Positions 53,200-63,867 of a stretch of DNA of 64,000 nt are shown piece after piece. Under the pieces are notes generated by a model. It was not told the DNA's origin. It saw only the letters and a list, made by a program, of their open reading frames with translations, and did not search any database. Position 1 is the stretch's first letter. Every line of letters starts with the position of its first letter. The position numbers and the translations under genes are program-made. Source of the stretch: Burkholderiales bacterium (GTDB lineage: Bacteria > Pseudomonadota > Gammaproteobacteria > Burkholderiales > Casimicrobiaceae); contig JAYUWL010000302.1 in NCBI GenBank assembly GCA_043753585.1, positions 133 to 64,132 on the forward strand. The letters run 5' to 3'.

Positions 53200-54177
53200 C
53201 TATTTTGCCCTGATCCGGGCGCCGAAGAAATCACAAAGCCGCTCGGCCAGCCAGTCCAGCCTGCCAGGAAACGTGCCGGTGACGAATCCGGCATGTCCAC
53301 CGTCGACGGGTTGCTCAAGCGTGACGTTGTCCGGCACTTCGGCCTCGTTTGGGAAGAGCGACGCCGGAACGAAGGGATCGTTCATCGCGTTAAGCAGCAA
53401 AAACGGAACGCGAATCTTCGCGATGAAACCCCGGGACGATGCCCGGTAGTAGTAATCCCAGCTGCTGGTGTAACCATGCATCGGAGCCGTGTAGTGCTCG
53501 TCAAACTGGGGGAAATTTTGCGGTTTCGCGAGAAAACCTTTCTCGCGCAAATGCGGATGCTGCTCCATGCGACGCGAGTAGCTCTCACCCATCGCATTCA
53601 TAAAATAGCGATTGAAAATCCAGTTCTTGAAATGCAGAATCGCCTCGGCAGAAATGCCCAGATCCAGCGGATTGGAGACGGAAGCTGCGGCGCTGATAAA
53701 CGTTCTGGCCGCGTCGCCTTGCTCGCCGCACCATTTTGTCAGCGCGTTGCCGCCTAAGGACACGCCGACCGCGAACACGATTCGGGTCGGGAAGCGGGAG
53801 CGCATCTCGCGCAGAACAATGTCGCAATGTTCGCTGTCGCCCGAGTGATACGAGCGCGGAAGGCGGTTCGGTTCGCCCGAACAGCCGCGAAAGTGCGCGA
53901 CCATACCTGTCCAGCCGTGCGCACTGGCGGCGGCCATTGTGCTGCGGCAATATTGCGAATCACTGGAACCTTCAAGCCCGTGAAAGAACACGAGTAACGG
54001 GGCCTCTGCAGACTCTGCGTCAGACCAGTCGAGATCGATGAAGTCGCCATCTGCCAGTTCAAGTCGTTCCCTGCGATAGGCAATCGTTGGCCTCGGCAGC
54101 CATTGTGCGTAGATGCTTTGCAAGTGGCCCGTGGGCAGCCACCACGGGCGTTTGTAGGTTGATGTGATACGGGGCAT
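53200..54177 (-). CDS. YheT family alpha/beta hydrolase
   Basis: HGLEGSS, GVSLGG, NDPFV, GGHAGF. Confidence 0.92.
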   Translation of the reverse strand: MPRITSTYKRPWWLPTGHLQSIYAQWLPRPTIAYRRERLELADGDFIDLDWSDAESAEAPLLVFFHGLEGSSDSQYCRSTMAAASAHGWTGMVAHFRGCSGEPNRLPRSYHSGDSEHCDIVLREMRSRFPTRIVFAVGVSLGGNALTKWCGEQGDAARTFISAAASVSNPLDLGISAEAILHFKNWIFNRYFMNAMGESYSRRMEQHPHLREKGFLAKPQNFPQFDEHYTAPMHGYTSSWDYYYRASSRGFIAKIRVPFLLLNAMNDPFVPASLFPNEAEVPDNVTLEQPVDGGHAGFVTGTFPGRLDWLAERLCDFFGARIRAK

Positions 54178-54215
54178 GATCCGAGTTTAGCTACCTGTTC
54201 CAGTTTGCGTGGTGA

Positions 54216-54859
54216 TTGAATTTCTTCCCCACTGGCCGCTACTCAGCGTTTTTTGGTCGCGAGTTTCGTGCTCGCAGTAACGCCTGGGCCCGGCGTTTTC
54301 GACATCGTTGTACGCAGCGCCGCACAGGGGAGGCGCTCCGGCCTTGCTTCGGTCACCGGGGTTGCGCTGGGCATTTTCGGCAACGCTGTAGCGGCGTCGT
54401 TCGGGCTGGCTGCGTTATTTGCGGCGTCGACAGTGGCGATTGCGGTCGTCAAATATGCGGGGGCTCTGTACCTGACTATCCGGGCATCAGAGCGCTGCGC
54501 TCCGAAAGCTCTGCGGAAGGAACGGCGTCGATTGAGGCGGCTCCGTTGTGGCCGGTGTTTGCTGACAGCTTCGTGGTCGCTTTGCTCAACCCCAAAACGG
54601 CGATTTTTTTCACGGCATTTCTGCCGCAGTTTATGACGCCGGATGGAGGCGGAAGCGCTCCCTGATGCGGGCGCTGGCGCTAAGTGCCTTATTTGTTTTG
54701 GTGGACGCACTTACAGACGCAGCCTACGCGTTACTTGCTGGCTTGATTGCGCCGCGACTGTCAAAGAACAGGGCGGCCAGCACCGTAGCTCGCGCAACGG
54801 CTGGTGTGTCGTTTATGGCGTTGGGCGGGTTTGCTGCGCTCGCCACCCGCAAGGTTTGA
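54216..54859 (+). pseudogene. LysE family translocator with multiple frameshifts
   Basis: TPGPG..KYAGALYL, LLNPKTAIFFTAFLPQF and the C-terminal helices lie in different ORFs. Confidence 0.85.
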
Positions 54860-54891
54860 GTATCGACTGTCGGTAATCGCAAGGCGTGTCA

Positions 54892-56055
54892 CTAAGCGAT
54901 CTCAAACACCTGTTTGAGATAGGCGAGATACGACACGTCATCACACATCGTTTTTGCCGGAGTGTCTGAGAGCTTGGCGACGGGCTGCCCATTGCAACGA
55001 ACCATTTTGAGCACGATTTGCAGCGGCGTGTAGCCAAGGTCGTTGGTCAGGTTGGTACCGATGCCAAACGCGGTTTTTGCGCGCCCCTGAAAGTGTTTTG
55101 CGATCTCGACGGCGCGCGGAAAAGACAAGCCATCACTGAAAACCAGCGACTTGCTGCGTGGATCGACGCGGTTGGCGAGGTAGTGATCGATGATGGCTTC
55201 GCCCCAGGCGATTGGCTCACCGCTATCGTGCCGTGCGCCGTCAAACAGTTTGCAGAAATACATGTCGAAATCGCGCGTGAACGCACGCAGTCCCGCAACG
55301 TCCGACAGCGCAATGCCCAGGTCGCCGCGATACTCATCTGCCCATTTCTGAAACGCCCAGCGCTGTGAGTCACGCAGGCGCGGTCCCAACGCCTGCGCTG
55401 CTTGCAGCCATTCGTGAGCCATCGTGCCCACGGCGAGTAACCCCAATTCTTTTGCGAAAAATGCATTGCTGGTACCCACGAACGCGCTGGGCACAGTCGC
55501 CTTGACCGTGGTCAGCACTTCGCGCTGCCAATCGTGCGAGAAACGACGCCGGGTTCCGTAGTCGGCAAATGAGAATCCGAGATCGCTCGGTTGCTGTTGC
55601 ACGAGATCCAGTTTCGCGGCCAGCCGTTCGCGCCCTACGGCGTAGTCGGGCTCTGGCTGCGCGCCCCGGAAATAAACCTCGTTGACGATGGCAAGGACCG
55701 GCACCTCAAACAGAATCGTGTGCAGCCAAGGCCCTTTGATCGAGATGTCAAGGTCGTCGCCGGACGGGTTAATGCCGATGTGCGCACGATTAAAGTGAAA
55801 CAGCGCCAGAAAGTCAACAAAATCGCTCTTGACGTAGCGGAGGCTGCGCAGGTAATCGAGTTCGTCGTCGTTGAAGCGCAACTGGCACAGCGCGTCGACC
55901 TCGCGATTAACGTCATCGGCAAGATCAGCGAGCGCAACGCCCGCGTTTCGGCACTTGAAGCGGTATTCCACCTGCGCACCCGGAAATTGATGCAATACGG
56001 CCTGCATCATGGTGAATTTGTAGAGATCGGTGTCGAGCAGGGAACGAATGATCAC
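54892..56055 (-). CDS. pncB: Nicotinate phosphoribosyltransferase
   Basis: [30 protein letters not shown]. Confidence 0.97.
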   Translation of the reverse strand: MIIRSLLDTDLYKFTMMQAVLHQFPGAQVEYRFKCRNAGVALADLADDVNREVDALCQLRFNDDELDYLRSLRYVKSDFVDFLALFHFNRAHIGINPSGDDLDISIKGPWLHTILFEVPVLAIVNEVYFRGAQPEPDYAVGRERLAAKLDLVQQQPSDLGFSFADYGTRRRFSHDWQREVLTTVKATVPSAFVGTSNAFFAKELGLLAVGTMAHEWLQAAQALGPRLRDSQRWAFQKWADEYRGDLGIALSDVAGLRAFTRDFDMYFCKLFDGARHDSGEPIAWGEAIIDHYLANRVDPRSKSLVFSDGLSFPRAVEIAKHFQGRAKTAFGIGTNLTNDLGYTPLQIVLKMVRCNGQPVAKLSDTPAKTMCDDVSYLAYLKQVFEIA

Positions 56056-56245
56056 GGGGAAGGGCCAAAAAACGATCAGTTTGCGGAACGCAGTCGCAGT
56101 TTAGCGGGGGCCGGTGGCCGCACGGGCAAACGACGACGGCCACCAAGTGCTACCGCAACAAAATTACAATGGCATATAAGCTGCGTCGGATTGGAAACTG
56201 AGTCGTCGTGTACCCCTTAAGAAATCAACATTTCAGGTTCGCCTG

Positions 56246-58213
56246 GTGAAAACAAAACAGCCCTGTCAAATTTCCTTGCGTCGCAGTATTGCGTCCGTTG
56301 CGGCCCTCTGGCTGACGGCGATGGTAGCGGTCAGTTTCGCGGCACAGAGCACGCCTGACGCGACGGTCGGCGAGACGATGATCGACTTTGATTCGGCCAA
56401 GTTGTTCGCCGTAGACCAGCGCAACGCGAAACTCGAACTAAACATTGCGCCAGAGCGAGTGTTGACGTTGAGCCACGAACGGGTATTGCAGGGCAGTGAC
56501 GGCGCGCGAACCTGGGTCGGTCAGGCTAAAGCGGTATCAGGCGATTTCAGCGCCGGGACGGCCTACATCACCGAGCTGCAAGGTCACGTTTACGGAACTG
56601 TCAGCACCGGTGAGACAACTTACGAAATTGTCGGCCGCCCCGGTGAAACTGCGGTTGTGCGCGATCTCGCGGCTAAAGGCTTGCAAATAAAAATCAGCCT
56701 CCGTAATGACGCGGTGATACCCCCTGTGCTCGGACCGCGCATTGAAGAGTTGCCGCTTAGCGCAGATCGTCGGAAGGTAATGCCGGCACCGCAGGTAACA
56801 ATCGACTTGATGATTGTTTACACGACGGCGTTCACCACACGCCACGGGGCCGGGGCGGGCGTTACGACGCGCCTTAACAACCTTGTCGCGCAGGCCAATG
56901 ATTCGTATTTGCGCAGCGAAGTTGCAACCACGCTTCGGCTGGTGCGCGCCGAGGAAACGACGTACACCAATTCCAACAACAATCAAATTGCGCTAACGGA
57001 CATAACGAACGGCAACGGCGTTTTCGGCTCTACACCGAGCGCCCGCAACACGTATGGGGCCGATCTTGTTGCGCTCGTGCGCCCGTACGACGACGCAGCG
57101 CACAACGGCTGTGGCCTGGCCTGGATCGGGGGCTATCAGCAGACTACCCTGTTAAGCCAGTATGGCTATGCCGCAATCAGCGAGGGCAGTGACGTTGGTG
57201 GAAGCGGTGTTTTCTGCCTTGACAAGTCGTTTCAGCATGAGCTGGGCCACAACATGGGGCTGATGCATGACCGCGCTCAGGTAGTGCTCGAAAATAACGG
57301 CGGAGCTCTGACGTACGGCGCAACGAGTTACGCGTTCGGATACGTAATTCCAGGCAGCAGCCCGACGGTGGGCGACATCATGTCGTACCCGGTCCGATCG
57401 GTGAATTGCTTCTCAAGCCCTAACGTGTATCGCCAGGGACCCGGTTCAAACCTGTCCGGTGGCCCCTGCAACGTAACTCCGACAACCGGTGACGTGCTCG
57501 GGGTGGCGGCGGCAAATGCGGAGTCCAGCGCCGATGCGGCGTCGGCACTTAATTTCACACGGCAGTCGGTTGCCGCGTTTCGTGCAGCGGCAAAGGTCAG
57601 CATTTCCGGAACGGTCTTGAATGGGGCGATCCCACTTTCGAATGTTCAGTTTTGCGCACGTCCCTCAGCAGGCGTCGTTTGTCCCCCGACCAACAACGCG
57701 GGGGCCTACAGTTGCACGGTGCCGACCGGCTGGAGTGGCACGCTGCATGCACCCGGGCCAGCCGGGCTGCGCATCAAACCCCAGGTGTTCACTATTGTTG
57801 GCGCAAGCCTGAGCGCACAGAATCCGGTAGTACAGGCAATTGGTAGTTGTAATCTGGATGTCGACAACAACGGACTCATTGAGGCTGCGACCGATGGCGT
57901 AGCGATCATTCGGCGCATGATGGGATTCGATTCCGGTGCTTTTTCCGGATTGGCGGGCACCTGCGCGGCGAACGCCACCAATATTTCGATCTTTAACGCG
58001 ACCAACCCGGCGCTTAGCAATTACAACGTCACCGGGGGCGCTGCGACATGGGCAGCGACCGACGGCGCGGTCATCGTGAGAGTCATGAACGGCGCCAAGA
58101 CGGACGCTGCGGTAACCGGCGGCTTGGGGCTTGCGAACGAGCCGGGGGCGACGAATACCACCTGGTCACAAATTCAAAGCTGGCTAAATTCGACTTGCGG
58201 TAGCAATTTTTAG
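56246..58213 (+). CDS. Secreted M12 reprolysin-like metallopeptidase with dockerin-like C-terminal module
   Basis: Signal peptide; CGLAW; HELGHNMGLMHD; Met-turn DIMSY. Confidence 0.9.
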   Translation: MKTKQPCQISLRRSIASVAALWLTAMVAVSFAAQSTPDATVGETMIDFDSAKLFAVDQRNAKLELNIAPERVLTLSHERVLQGSDGARTWVGQAKAVSGDFSAGTAYITELQGHVYGTVSTGETTYEIVGRPGETAVVRDLAAKGLQIKISLRNDAVIPPVLGPRIEELPLSADRRKVMPAPQVTIDLMIVYTTAFTTRHGAGAGVTTRLNNLVAQANDSYLRSEVATTLRLVRAEETTYTNSNNNQIALTDITNGNGVFGSTPSARNTYGADLVALVRPYDDAAHNGCGLAWIGGYQQTTLLSQYGYAAISEGSDVGGSGVFCLDKSFQHELGHNMGLMHDRAQVVLENNGGALTYGATSYAFGYVIPGSSPTVGDIMSYPVRSVNCFSSPNVYRQGPGSNLSGGPCNVTPTTGDVLGVAAANAESSADAASALNFTRQSVAAFRAAAKVSISGTVLNGAIPLSNVQFCARPSAGVVCPPTNNAGAYSCTVPTGWSGTLHAPGPAGLRIKPQVFTIVGASLSAQNPVVQAIGSCNLDVDNNGLIEAATDGVAIIRRMMGFDSGAFSGLAGTCAANATNISIFNATNPALSNYNVTGGAATWAATDGAVIVRVMNGAKTDAAVTGGLGLANEPGATNTTWSQIQSWLNSTCGSNF

Positions 58214-58229
58214 AGCTGTGGTGTTAAGT

Positions 58230-60746
58230 ATGAGATTTGTTGTTTCCGCCTTCGCGTTGATCGTGGGCGTAGTGTTGGCAGCCCCTATCGTTGCCGCACC
58301 GGCCACCGATACGGCAAAGTTGAGTGGCGGTGTGATCCCTGATGCGGTGACGGGGCTGATCGTCAAATATGAGCCGACGAAAGGGGCTGCGTTTTCAGCT
58401 TTGGCAACGCGCGACGCTCGTGTGGCACTCGCCAACTCAGTTGTTGAGCGCTTCGGCGTTAAGCTCGCTCACGCTCGGACATTGGCTACCGGTGCCGAGC
58501 TTCTGAAGCTGGACAAAAGTGTGTCCGGTGCAGATGCAGCGGCACTGGCTGCTGCCGTGGGCCGCACTCCGGGTGTTCGCTATGCGGCACCAAACCGGAC
58601 CATTCGGACGCAGCTGACTCCGACGGATCCGATGTTCACCGATGTCGGACAGTGGGGGTTCAAATATTCCCCTGGCTCCATCGAAGGGGCAAATTTCACC
58701 ACGGCCTGGGACACGACGACGGGTTCTGCCAGCCAGACCATAGGCATCGTTGATAGTGGAATTGCCCTCGGGCAGGAGGATCTGGTATCGCAGTTGCGCA
58801 TGCACCCTTCTTTCCCGTTCGCTGGCTATGACTTCGTAGCGGAGGCGACCAGTTCTGGCGACGGCGATGGCCGCGATGCTGACCCCACGGACACCGCATC
58901 TTTTTGCGGACACGGCACCCATGTGGCGGGCACGATAGCGGCTGCAACCTTGTTTTCCGGCGGCGGAGCAGGTGGCGCCGGTGGCGCCTCCTCATCAAAA
59001 ATACTAATGGCACGGGCGCTTGGCCCAAACGGCGGCTCGGATGCCGACGCGATTGACGCCATGCTCTGGTTGGGCGGTGCGGCCATTACTGGACTGGCAA
59101 TCAATCCGAATCCGGTGCGTATGATCAACATGAGCTTTGGTGGCGCTGGAGCATGTGGCGGGGCGTATCAGGAGGCGTTTGATACTTTGCGCGCCAGGGG
59201 CATCCTGCCGGTCGTGGCAGCGGGCAATTCCAGCGCCGATGTTTCGTCATCGGCCCCGGCGAACTGTCGCGGTGCCTTTGCCGTTGCCGCATCCGACATC
59301 AGTGGCGCACGGGCCTCCTTCAGCAATTACGGAGCAGGTGTTGCGGTGACCGCGCCCGGTGTCAGCATTCTGTCTACCGCTGGCCCGACCAGTGGTACGT
59401 GCTTCAAAAGCGGCACCTCAATGGCCGCACCGCATGTCACCGCCGCGGCCGCGTTGCTGCAAGCAGCAGTTCCAGCGCTGACCGTCAACCAAACCCATCT
59501 CGCGTTGCGCGCTGGCGCGCGAGCGTTCCCCGTCGGGAGCAACTGCACAATTGCCGCTTGTGGGGCAGGCTTGCTTGATGTTGGCAATTCGATTGAAGCG
59601 GTTGTTGGTCAGGCGACCCGGCTGGGCTGGAACGAGCAGTCGGCCGCGCTGCGCGAGAACGACGGCACGGTCAGCTTTACTGTGAGTCGCGTGGGGGGTG
59701 GGACGCAGCCCGTGAGCGTTAGCGTGGTCGCGGATAACGGCACGGCGACCTCCGGCGTCGACTTTTCCGCTCCGTCGCCCGCCACCCTCACCTGGGCGGC
59801 TACCGATACGAGCGACAGAACGGTCAATGTACCCATCATTTATCGCCCTGGCGAGCAGGGTAGTCGCGCTTTCACGCTGCGCTTGAGCAATCCCTCGGCT
59901 ACAGCGACGGTTGTTGCACCGAATACAGTGAGCGTGCGAATCGCCGAGGTGGATTGCGCCACCGTAACTCCCATTTCGATGGGGCAAACGCTCGCGGGTT
60001 CGCTTGATTTTGCGCAACCGCAGAACTATTGCCACGGCGGCGTTCGCGGGCCTGAATTCAACACGAATCGCTACAGCTTTAGCGCTGTCGCGGGAGACAT
60101 CGTGTCGATCGATGTCAACAGCACAACAGCCTTGCCAGCGGTTCTTGATCCGTATGTTTATTTGCTTGGCCCCAACCGTGAAATATTGGCTGAAAACGAT
60201 GACATCGTTTCCGGAAAAATTCGTGATTCGCGCATCTTGCAGTTTCGTCTGACCACGTCGGGTACCCACTACATCGACGTGACGACCTGGAGCAACGGCA
60301 GCAGCGACGCCACCGGAAGCTACACCGTTCGTTTGTACGACTATGGACCGTACGGGTCCGGTGCGACTTGCAACCTGGATGTGGATGGCGACGGCATTCT
60401 GGACGCGACCGACGCGCAACTTCTGTTGCGCCGCCTGCTTGGCTTTAGCGGCACAGCGCTCGCGGGGAGCACGCCATTTCGTAGCAGTGCGACGAGGACA
60501 ACCGGCACCCTGATCGCAAATTTCGTTGATGCTCAAAAGACGCCCGTCAGCGGTGCTGTCCCCTTTGACTTTGATGGCGATGGCCTGGTGCTGCCGACCA
60601 CGGACGGTTTGCTGTTGCTGCGCGCGGCCCTTGGTTTGACGGGCAATGCGGTAGTGGCAGGAGCAACCGCACCGGGTGCGCTTCGGCAGTCGTGGGCCGA
60701 TGTGCGCGGATATCTCAATGGCTATTGCGGGATGATTTTGCCGTAA
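58230..60746 (+). CDS. Secreted S8 subtilase with Calx-beta-like, PPC-like and dockerin-like domains
   Basis: IVDSG, HGTHVAG, GTSMAAPHV triad; GTATSGVDF; DPYVYL..ENDD; two DxDGDG repeats. Confidence 0.92.
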   Translation: MRFVVSAFALIVGVVLAAPIVAAPATDTAKLSGGVIPDAVTGLIVKYEPTKGAAFSALATRDARVALANSVVERFGVKLAHARTLATGAELLKLDKSVSGADAAALAAAVGRTPGVRYAAPNRTIRTQLTPTDPMFTDVGQWGFKYSPGSIEGANFTTAWDTTTGSASQTIGIVDSGIALGQEDLVSQLRMHPSFPFAGYDFVAEATSSGDGDGRDADPTDTASFCGHGTHVAGTIAAATLFSGGGAGGAGGASSSKILMARALGPNGGSDADAIDAMLWLGGAAITGLAINPNPVRMINMSFGGAGACGGAYQEAFDTLRARGILPVVAAGNSSADVSSSAPANCRGAFAVAASDISGARASFSNYGAGVAVTAPGVSILSTAGPTSGTCFKSGTSMAAPHVTAAAALLQAAVPALTVNQTHLALRAGARAFPVGSNCTIAACGAGLLDVGNSIEAVVGQATRLGWNEQSAALRENDGTVSFTVSRVGGGTQPVSVSVVADNGTATSGVDFSAPSPATLTWAATDTSDRTVNVPIIYRPGEQGSRAFTLRLSNPSATATVVAPNTVSVRIAEVDCATVTPISMGQTLAGSLDFAQPQNYCHGGVRGPEFNTNRYSFSAVAGDIVSIDVNSTTALPAVLDPYVYLLGPNREILAENDDIVSGKIRDSRILQFRLTTSGTHYIDVTTWSNGSSDATGSYTVRLYDYGPYGSGATCNLDVDGDGILDATDAQLLLRRLLGFSGTALAGSTPFRSSATRTTGTLIANFVDAQKTPVSGAVPFDFDGDGLVLPTTDGLLLLRAALGLTGNAVVAGATAPGALRQSWADVRGYLNGYCGMILP

Positions 60747-61129
60747 CGCCATGCACTCGCGGCCTCATTGCAACGCGGGCCGGGCGGTGCCAGCCCGACA
60801 ACCCCGCCTGACTCTCGTTTTTTTTGCGCGCGCGTCGATCATCAGGGCCACGCTGTGACATTTTTGGCGATATGTCTCGCAGGTGAAGTCGGCCGTGGTG
60901 GGTGAAAGGCCGCTATAGATCGCTCTGCTCGTAAGTGAACCGGACCGCTGTGCGCACTCCTGCTCCCTCTCTTGTATCACTGCCCAAGCCTGAAACGCTT
61001 CAGGACACCCGCCAGAAGGAGAGCTCGTTGTCATGCGTGTAGAGTGGACGCCGCGGCCAGGGCGACCGAAAAAAGAATATAGTTTTCTTACGCATGTTCG
61101 AAGTTCGCTCATTTTTGCAAAGGGTAATA

Positions 61130-62383
61130 ATGAAAATATCTTTCACCAAAATGGCGCTGGTGACCACCGCGGTCCTTTCCCTATCGTCCGCGGCACAGCC
61201 GCTACCCGCAAAACCCGAGCTGGTCGGCCTTTCTTCCGAGCGCCTTCAGCGTGTGGACGCGTTTGTGGAGCGGCTGCAGGCTGAGGGAAAACTGGCAGGT
61301 GCGGTCACGCTGGTTGCGCGAAGGGGGCAACTGGTGTCGTTAAAAGCACACGGTTTCGCCGACTTGGAGGCCAGACGCCCGATGCGTACCGACGATATCT
61401 TTCAGATTCAGTCGATGAGCAAACCCATTGCGACCGTGATGGCGCTCATGCTGCTGGAGGAGGGTCGATTTCTGTTGAGTGATCCCGTCGCAAAATTTTT
61501 GCCTGAGTTTCGCGAAATGAAAGTTGCGATTGCAAAATCTGATGCAGCGGAAGGGTATGTGTTGGTGGCCGCCGAACGCAACATCACAATCCACGATCTG
61601 CTTACCCATCGCGCCGGTTTCGTCGGCTTGCCACCAAGCAATTCACCGGCCGAAATATTGCGCCGCAAGTCTGTCCAGTCGCTGCCGCAAAATGGCGACT
61701 TCACGCTCGAGGAATACACCAAGCATCTGGCGGCCTCACCACTGGATGCGCAGCCTGGTTCGACATTCAAATACGGGCCATCGACAATCGTGTTGGGTCG
61801 CTTGATCGAAGCGGTAACGGGGCAAACACTCGACAAGGTTTTGCGCGATCGATTGTTTAATCCGCTGGGAATGATCGACACGTCATTCGTGGTGCCATCA
61901 GAAAAGCGGTACCGAATCGCACCGGCGTATTCGCTGTCAGCCGAAAATATTTTGGTGAAATTGCCGCTGGATTCCGTAGCCCCACGATTCTTTTCAGCGG
62001 GCGGAAATCTTTGGTCTACCGCTGCGGATTATTTGCGCTTCTCCCAGATGTTGCTTAACAACGGCGAATGGGAGGGACGGCAATTACTTAGCCGAAAGTC
62101 TGTTGAGTTGATGACCGAGCGCCACATAGATAACGTTCCCCTGCCGTTAATGGGGGGACAATACTTTGGCCTCGGCGTCGCCGTGCGAAAACCCGATGGC
62201 GATTCCGGACTTCTTGGCTCAGCTGGCACATACGGCTGGAGCGGCGGGTACAACACCTATTTCCGCATAGATCCGCGCGAAAAACTTATCATTATGCTGT
62301 TCACGCAATTGGCGTTTTCGCCCAGCAACGTTGAACTCCAGTACGGGCTTCACAATACGGCGATGCAGACAATTGTCGATTGA
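61130..62383 (+). CDS. Serine hydrolase, beta-lactamase/esterase family
   Basis: SMSK, LLTHRAG, FKYG, YGWSGG. Confidence 0.9.
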   Translation: MKISFTKMALVTTAVLSLSSAAQPLPAKPELVGLSSERLQRVDAFVERLQAEGKLAGAVTLVARRGQLVSLKAHGFADLEARRPMRTDDIFQIQSMSKPIATVMALMLLEEGRFLLSDPVAKFLPEFREMKVAIAKSDAAEGYVLVAAERNITIHDLLTHRAGFVGLPPSNSPAEILRRKSVQSLPQNGDFTLEEYTKHLAASPLDAQPGSTFKYGPSTIVLGRLIEAVTGQTLDKVLRDRLFNPLGMIDTSFVVPSEKRYRIAPAYSLSAENILVKLPLDSVAPRFFSAGGNLWSTAADYLRFSQMLLNNGEWEGRQLLSRKSVELMTERHIDNVPLPLMGGQYFGLGVAVRKPDGDSGLLGSAGTYGWSGGYNTYFRIDPREKLIIMLFTQLAFSPSNVELQYGLHNTAMQTIVD

Positions 62384-62531
62384 GTATTTTGCCGGGTTGC
62401 GCGCGACATTGAATATTGGTACACGAATGTCAAATTTGCCCATGGCGGTCAGAAACGCATCCGATAAGCGCTTCGCAAGCGCGGATTGAATGCTTATTGC
62501 GGGTGATTGTTTGTAGCGTTTGAACAGGCAA

Positions 62532-62945
62532 ATGGGTCACATCATTTTCTCGCGAGCCGAGTACGCAAAGAAGAAAAATAGCATGCGCGGGGACGTACTT
62601 ATGGAGAAGGCGGAACTCGTGGTTCGGAGGGCGCTTGCTCAGGTGATTGAGCCCCACTACGCAACGGGCGGAGGAAGAGGCCGCCAGCTGAATGGGCCGG
62701 ATCGGGTCTAGCCGATGCGACGTTGGCAGCAGCGGTGCGAACTAGCTGACGACGCCGTGCAAGGACGCAGTCCTCGGCTCTGAGCCTCTCGCGAATTCCA
62801 TGGGCGTTCACGGTTCACGGCAGAGGGTACCGGGTGCCACCACGCTGACGGGATTTCGTCGTTGACTGGAAGACAACAAGTTAACTAAAGCGCTGCTCGT
62901 TGAGGTCAACGTGATGCTGGGGCGGGGGCTGTTGATGACGAATCG
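62532..62945 (+). pseudogene. Decayed IS5-family transposase remnant
   Basis: IFSRAEYAKKK...VIEPHY..GRGR and TTLTGFRR*LEDNKLTKALLVEVN..RGLLM resemble the IS5 transposase N-terminus; in-frame stop and deletions. Confidence 0.75.
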
Positions 62946-63100
62946 CACGTTGCGCATACCGGGTGCGTAAAGGCAGTCGTAGGCAACTGTGCGCGGTCGT
63001 CTCAACGGCTATTACGATGGCTCTTGCGGGATGACCTTGCCGTAACGCTCCCCGCTATCGGCCTCAATACAGTGCCCACCGGGCTGCGCCGACCCTACAA

Positions 63101-63415
63101 CTAGCCCTGACGTTCGCCTTTCTGTACCGCCCGTCGCGTGCGGCCCTGCCAACGATAGCCTTGCTCGCTGGCCCGGCGATGGCGAGCTAATTTGGGATCA
63201 GCGATCAATGGCCGGTATTGCTCGATGCGATCACCGTCGTTCAGCACCGTATCGAGGGGCAGAGACTTCCCCCATAGGCCGAAACCTGTTGCCTCGGCCT
63301 GATCAACGGCGACACCGAATGCAACCAGCGCGTCGCACAACGTCGCTCCGCTGGCCATTTCAGTGATTCGCTCGTCGACGTGATCCGGCCATGCGGAAAC
63401 AAGCGTCACCCGCAT
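63101..63415 (-). CDS. ratB: RnfH/RatB family ubiquitin-like protein
   Basis: [24 protein letters not shown]. Confidence 0.9.
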   Translation of the reverse strand: MRVTLVSAWPDHVDERITEMASGATLCDALVAFGVAVDQAEATGFGLWGKSLPLDTVLNDGDRIEQYRPLIADPKLARHRRASEQGYRWQGRTRRAVQKGERQG

Positions 63416-63843
63416 CACGAATGCAACTGTTCGGCACGCCGCACAAAGGCGTCGACAAAGGTGGCGGCAATGCGATCAAACACCGGCGCGACGATGGCAC
63501 CGATGATGCCCTCAAAGTCATAATTCAACTCAAATTCCACCTTGCATCCGACGTCGCCGAGTTGGTTAAACCGCCATTGCCCCGAAAGTCTGGAAAAGGG
63601 GCCGCTGACGAGCGCAAGGTCGATGCGCTCGTTGGCGATGAGCGTGTTGTTGGTTGTGAATGTCTGTTGAACCCCGAGGTACGCGATATCGACTGCCGCC
63701 TGCATGTTGGATTCGGTGTGTTCGATGATGCGGGCACCACCGCACCACGGAAGGAATTTTGGGTAGGACGGAACGTCGTTGACCAGCGCGTACATCGTTG
63801 CCGCCGAATGGGTCACGAGAATGGTGCGCACAACGTGCTTCAC
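63415..63843 (-). CDS. ratA: RatA/PasT (COQ10/START) family protein
   Basis: [33 protein letters not shown]. Confidence 0.93.
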   Translation of the reverse strand: MKHVVRTILVTHSAATMYALVNDVPSYPKFLPWCGGARIIEHTESNMQAAVDIAYLGVQQTFTTNNTLIANERIDLALVSGPFSRLSGQWRFNQLGDVGCKVEFELNYDFEGIIGAIVAPVFDRIAATFVDAFVRRAEQLHS

Positions 63844-63867
63844 GCCACCCTCCCTACAATCATCATT

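Noticed and set aside
59418-60752. 444-aa antisense ORF opposite the S8 protease
   Set aside because: Shadow ORF typical of GC-rich coding DNA; no motifs recognised.
63101-63843. ratA/ratB as a novel toxin-antitoxin defence module
   Set aside because: Conserved core neighbours of smpB; RatA is a COQ10-like protein.
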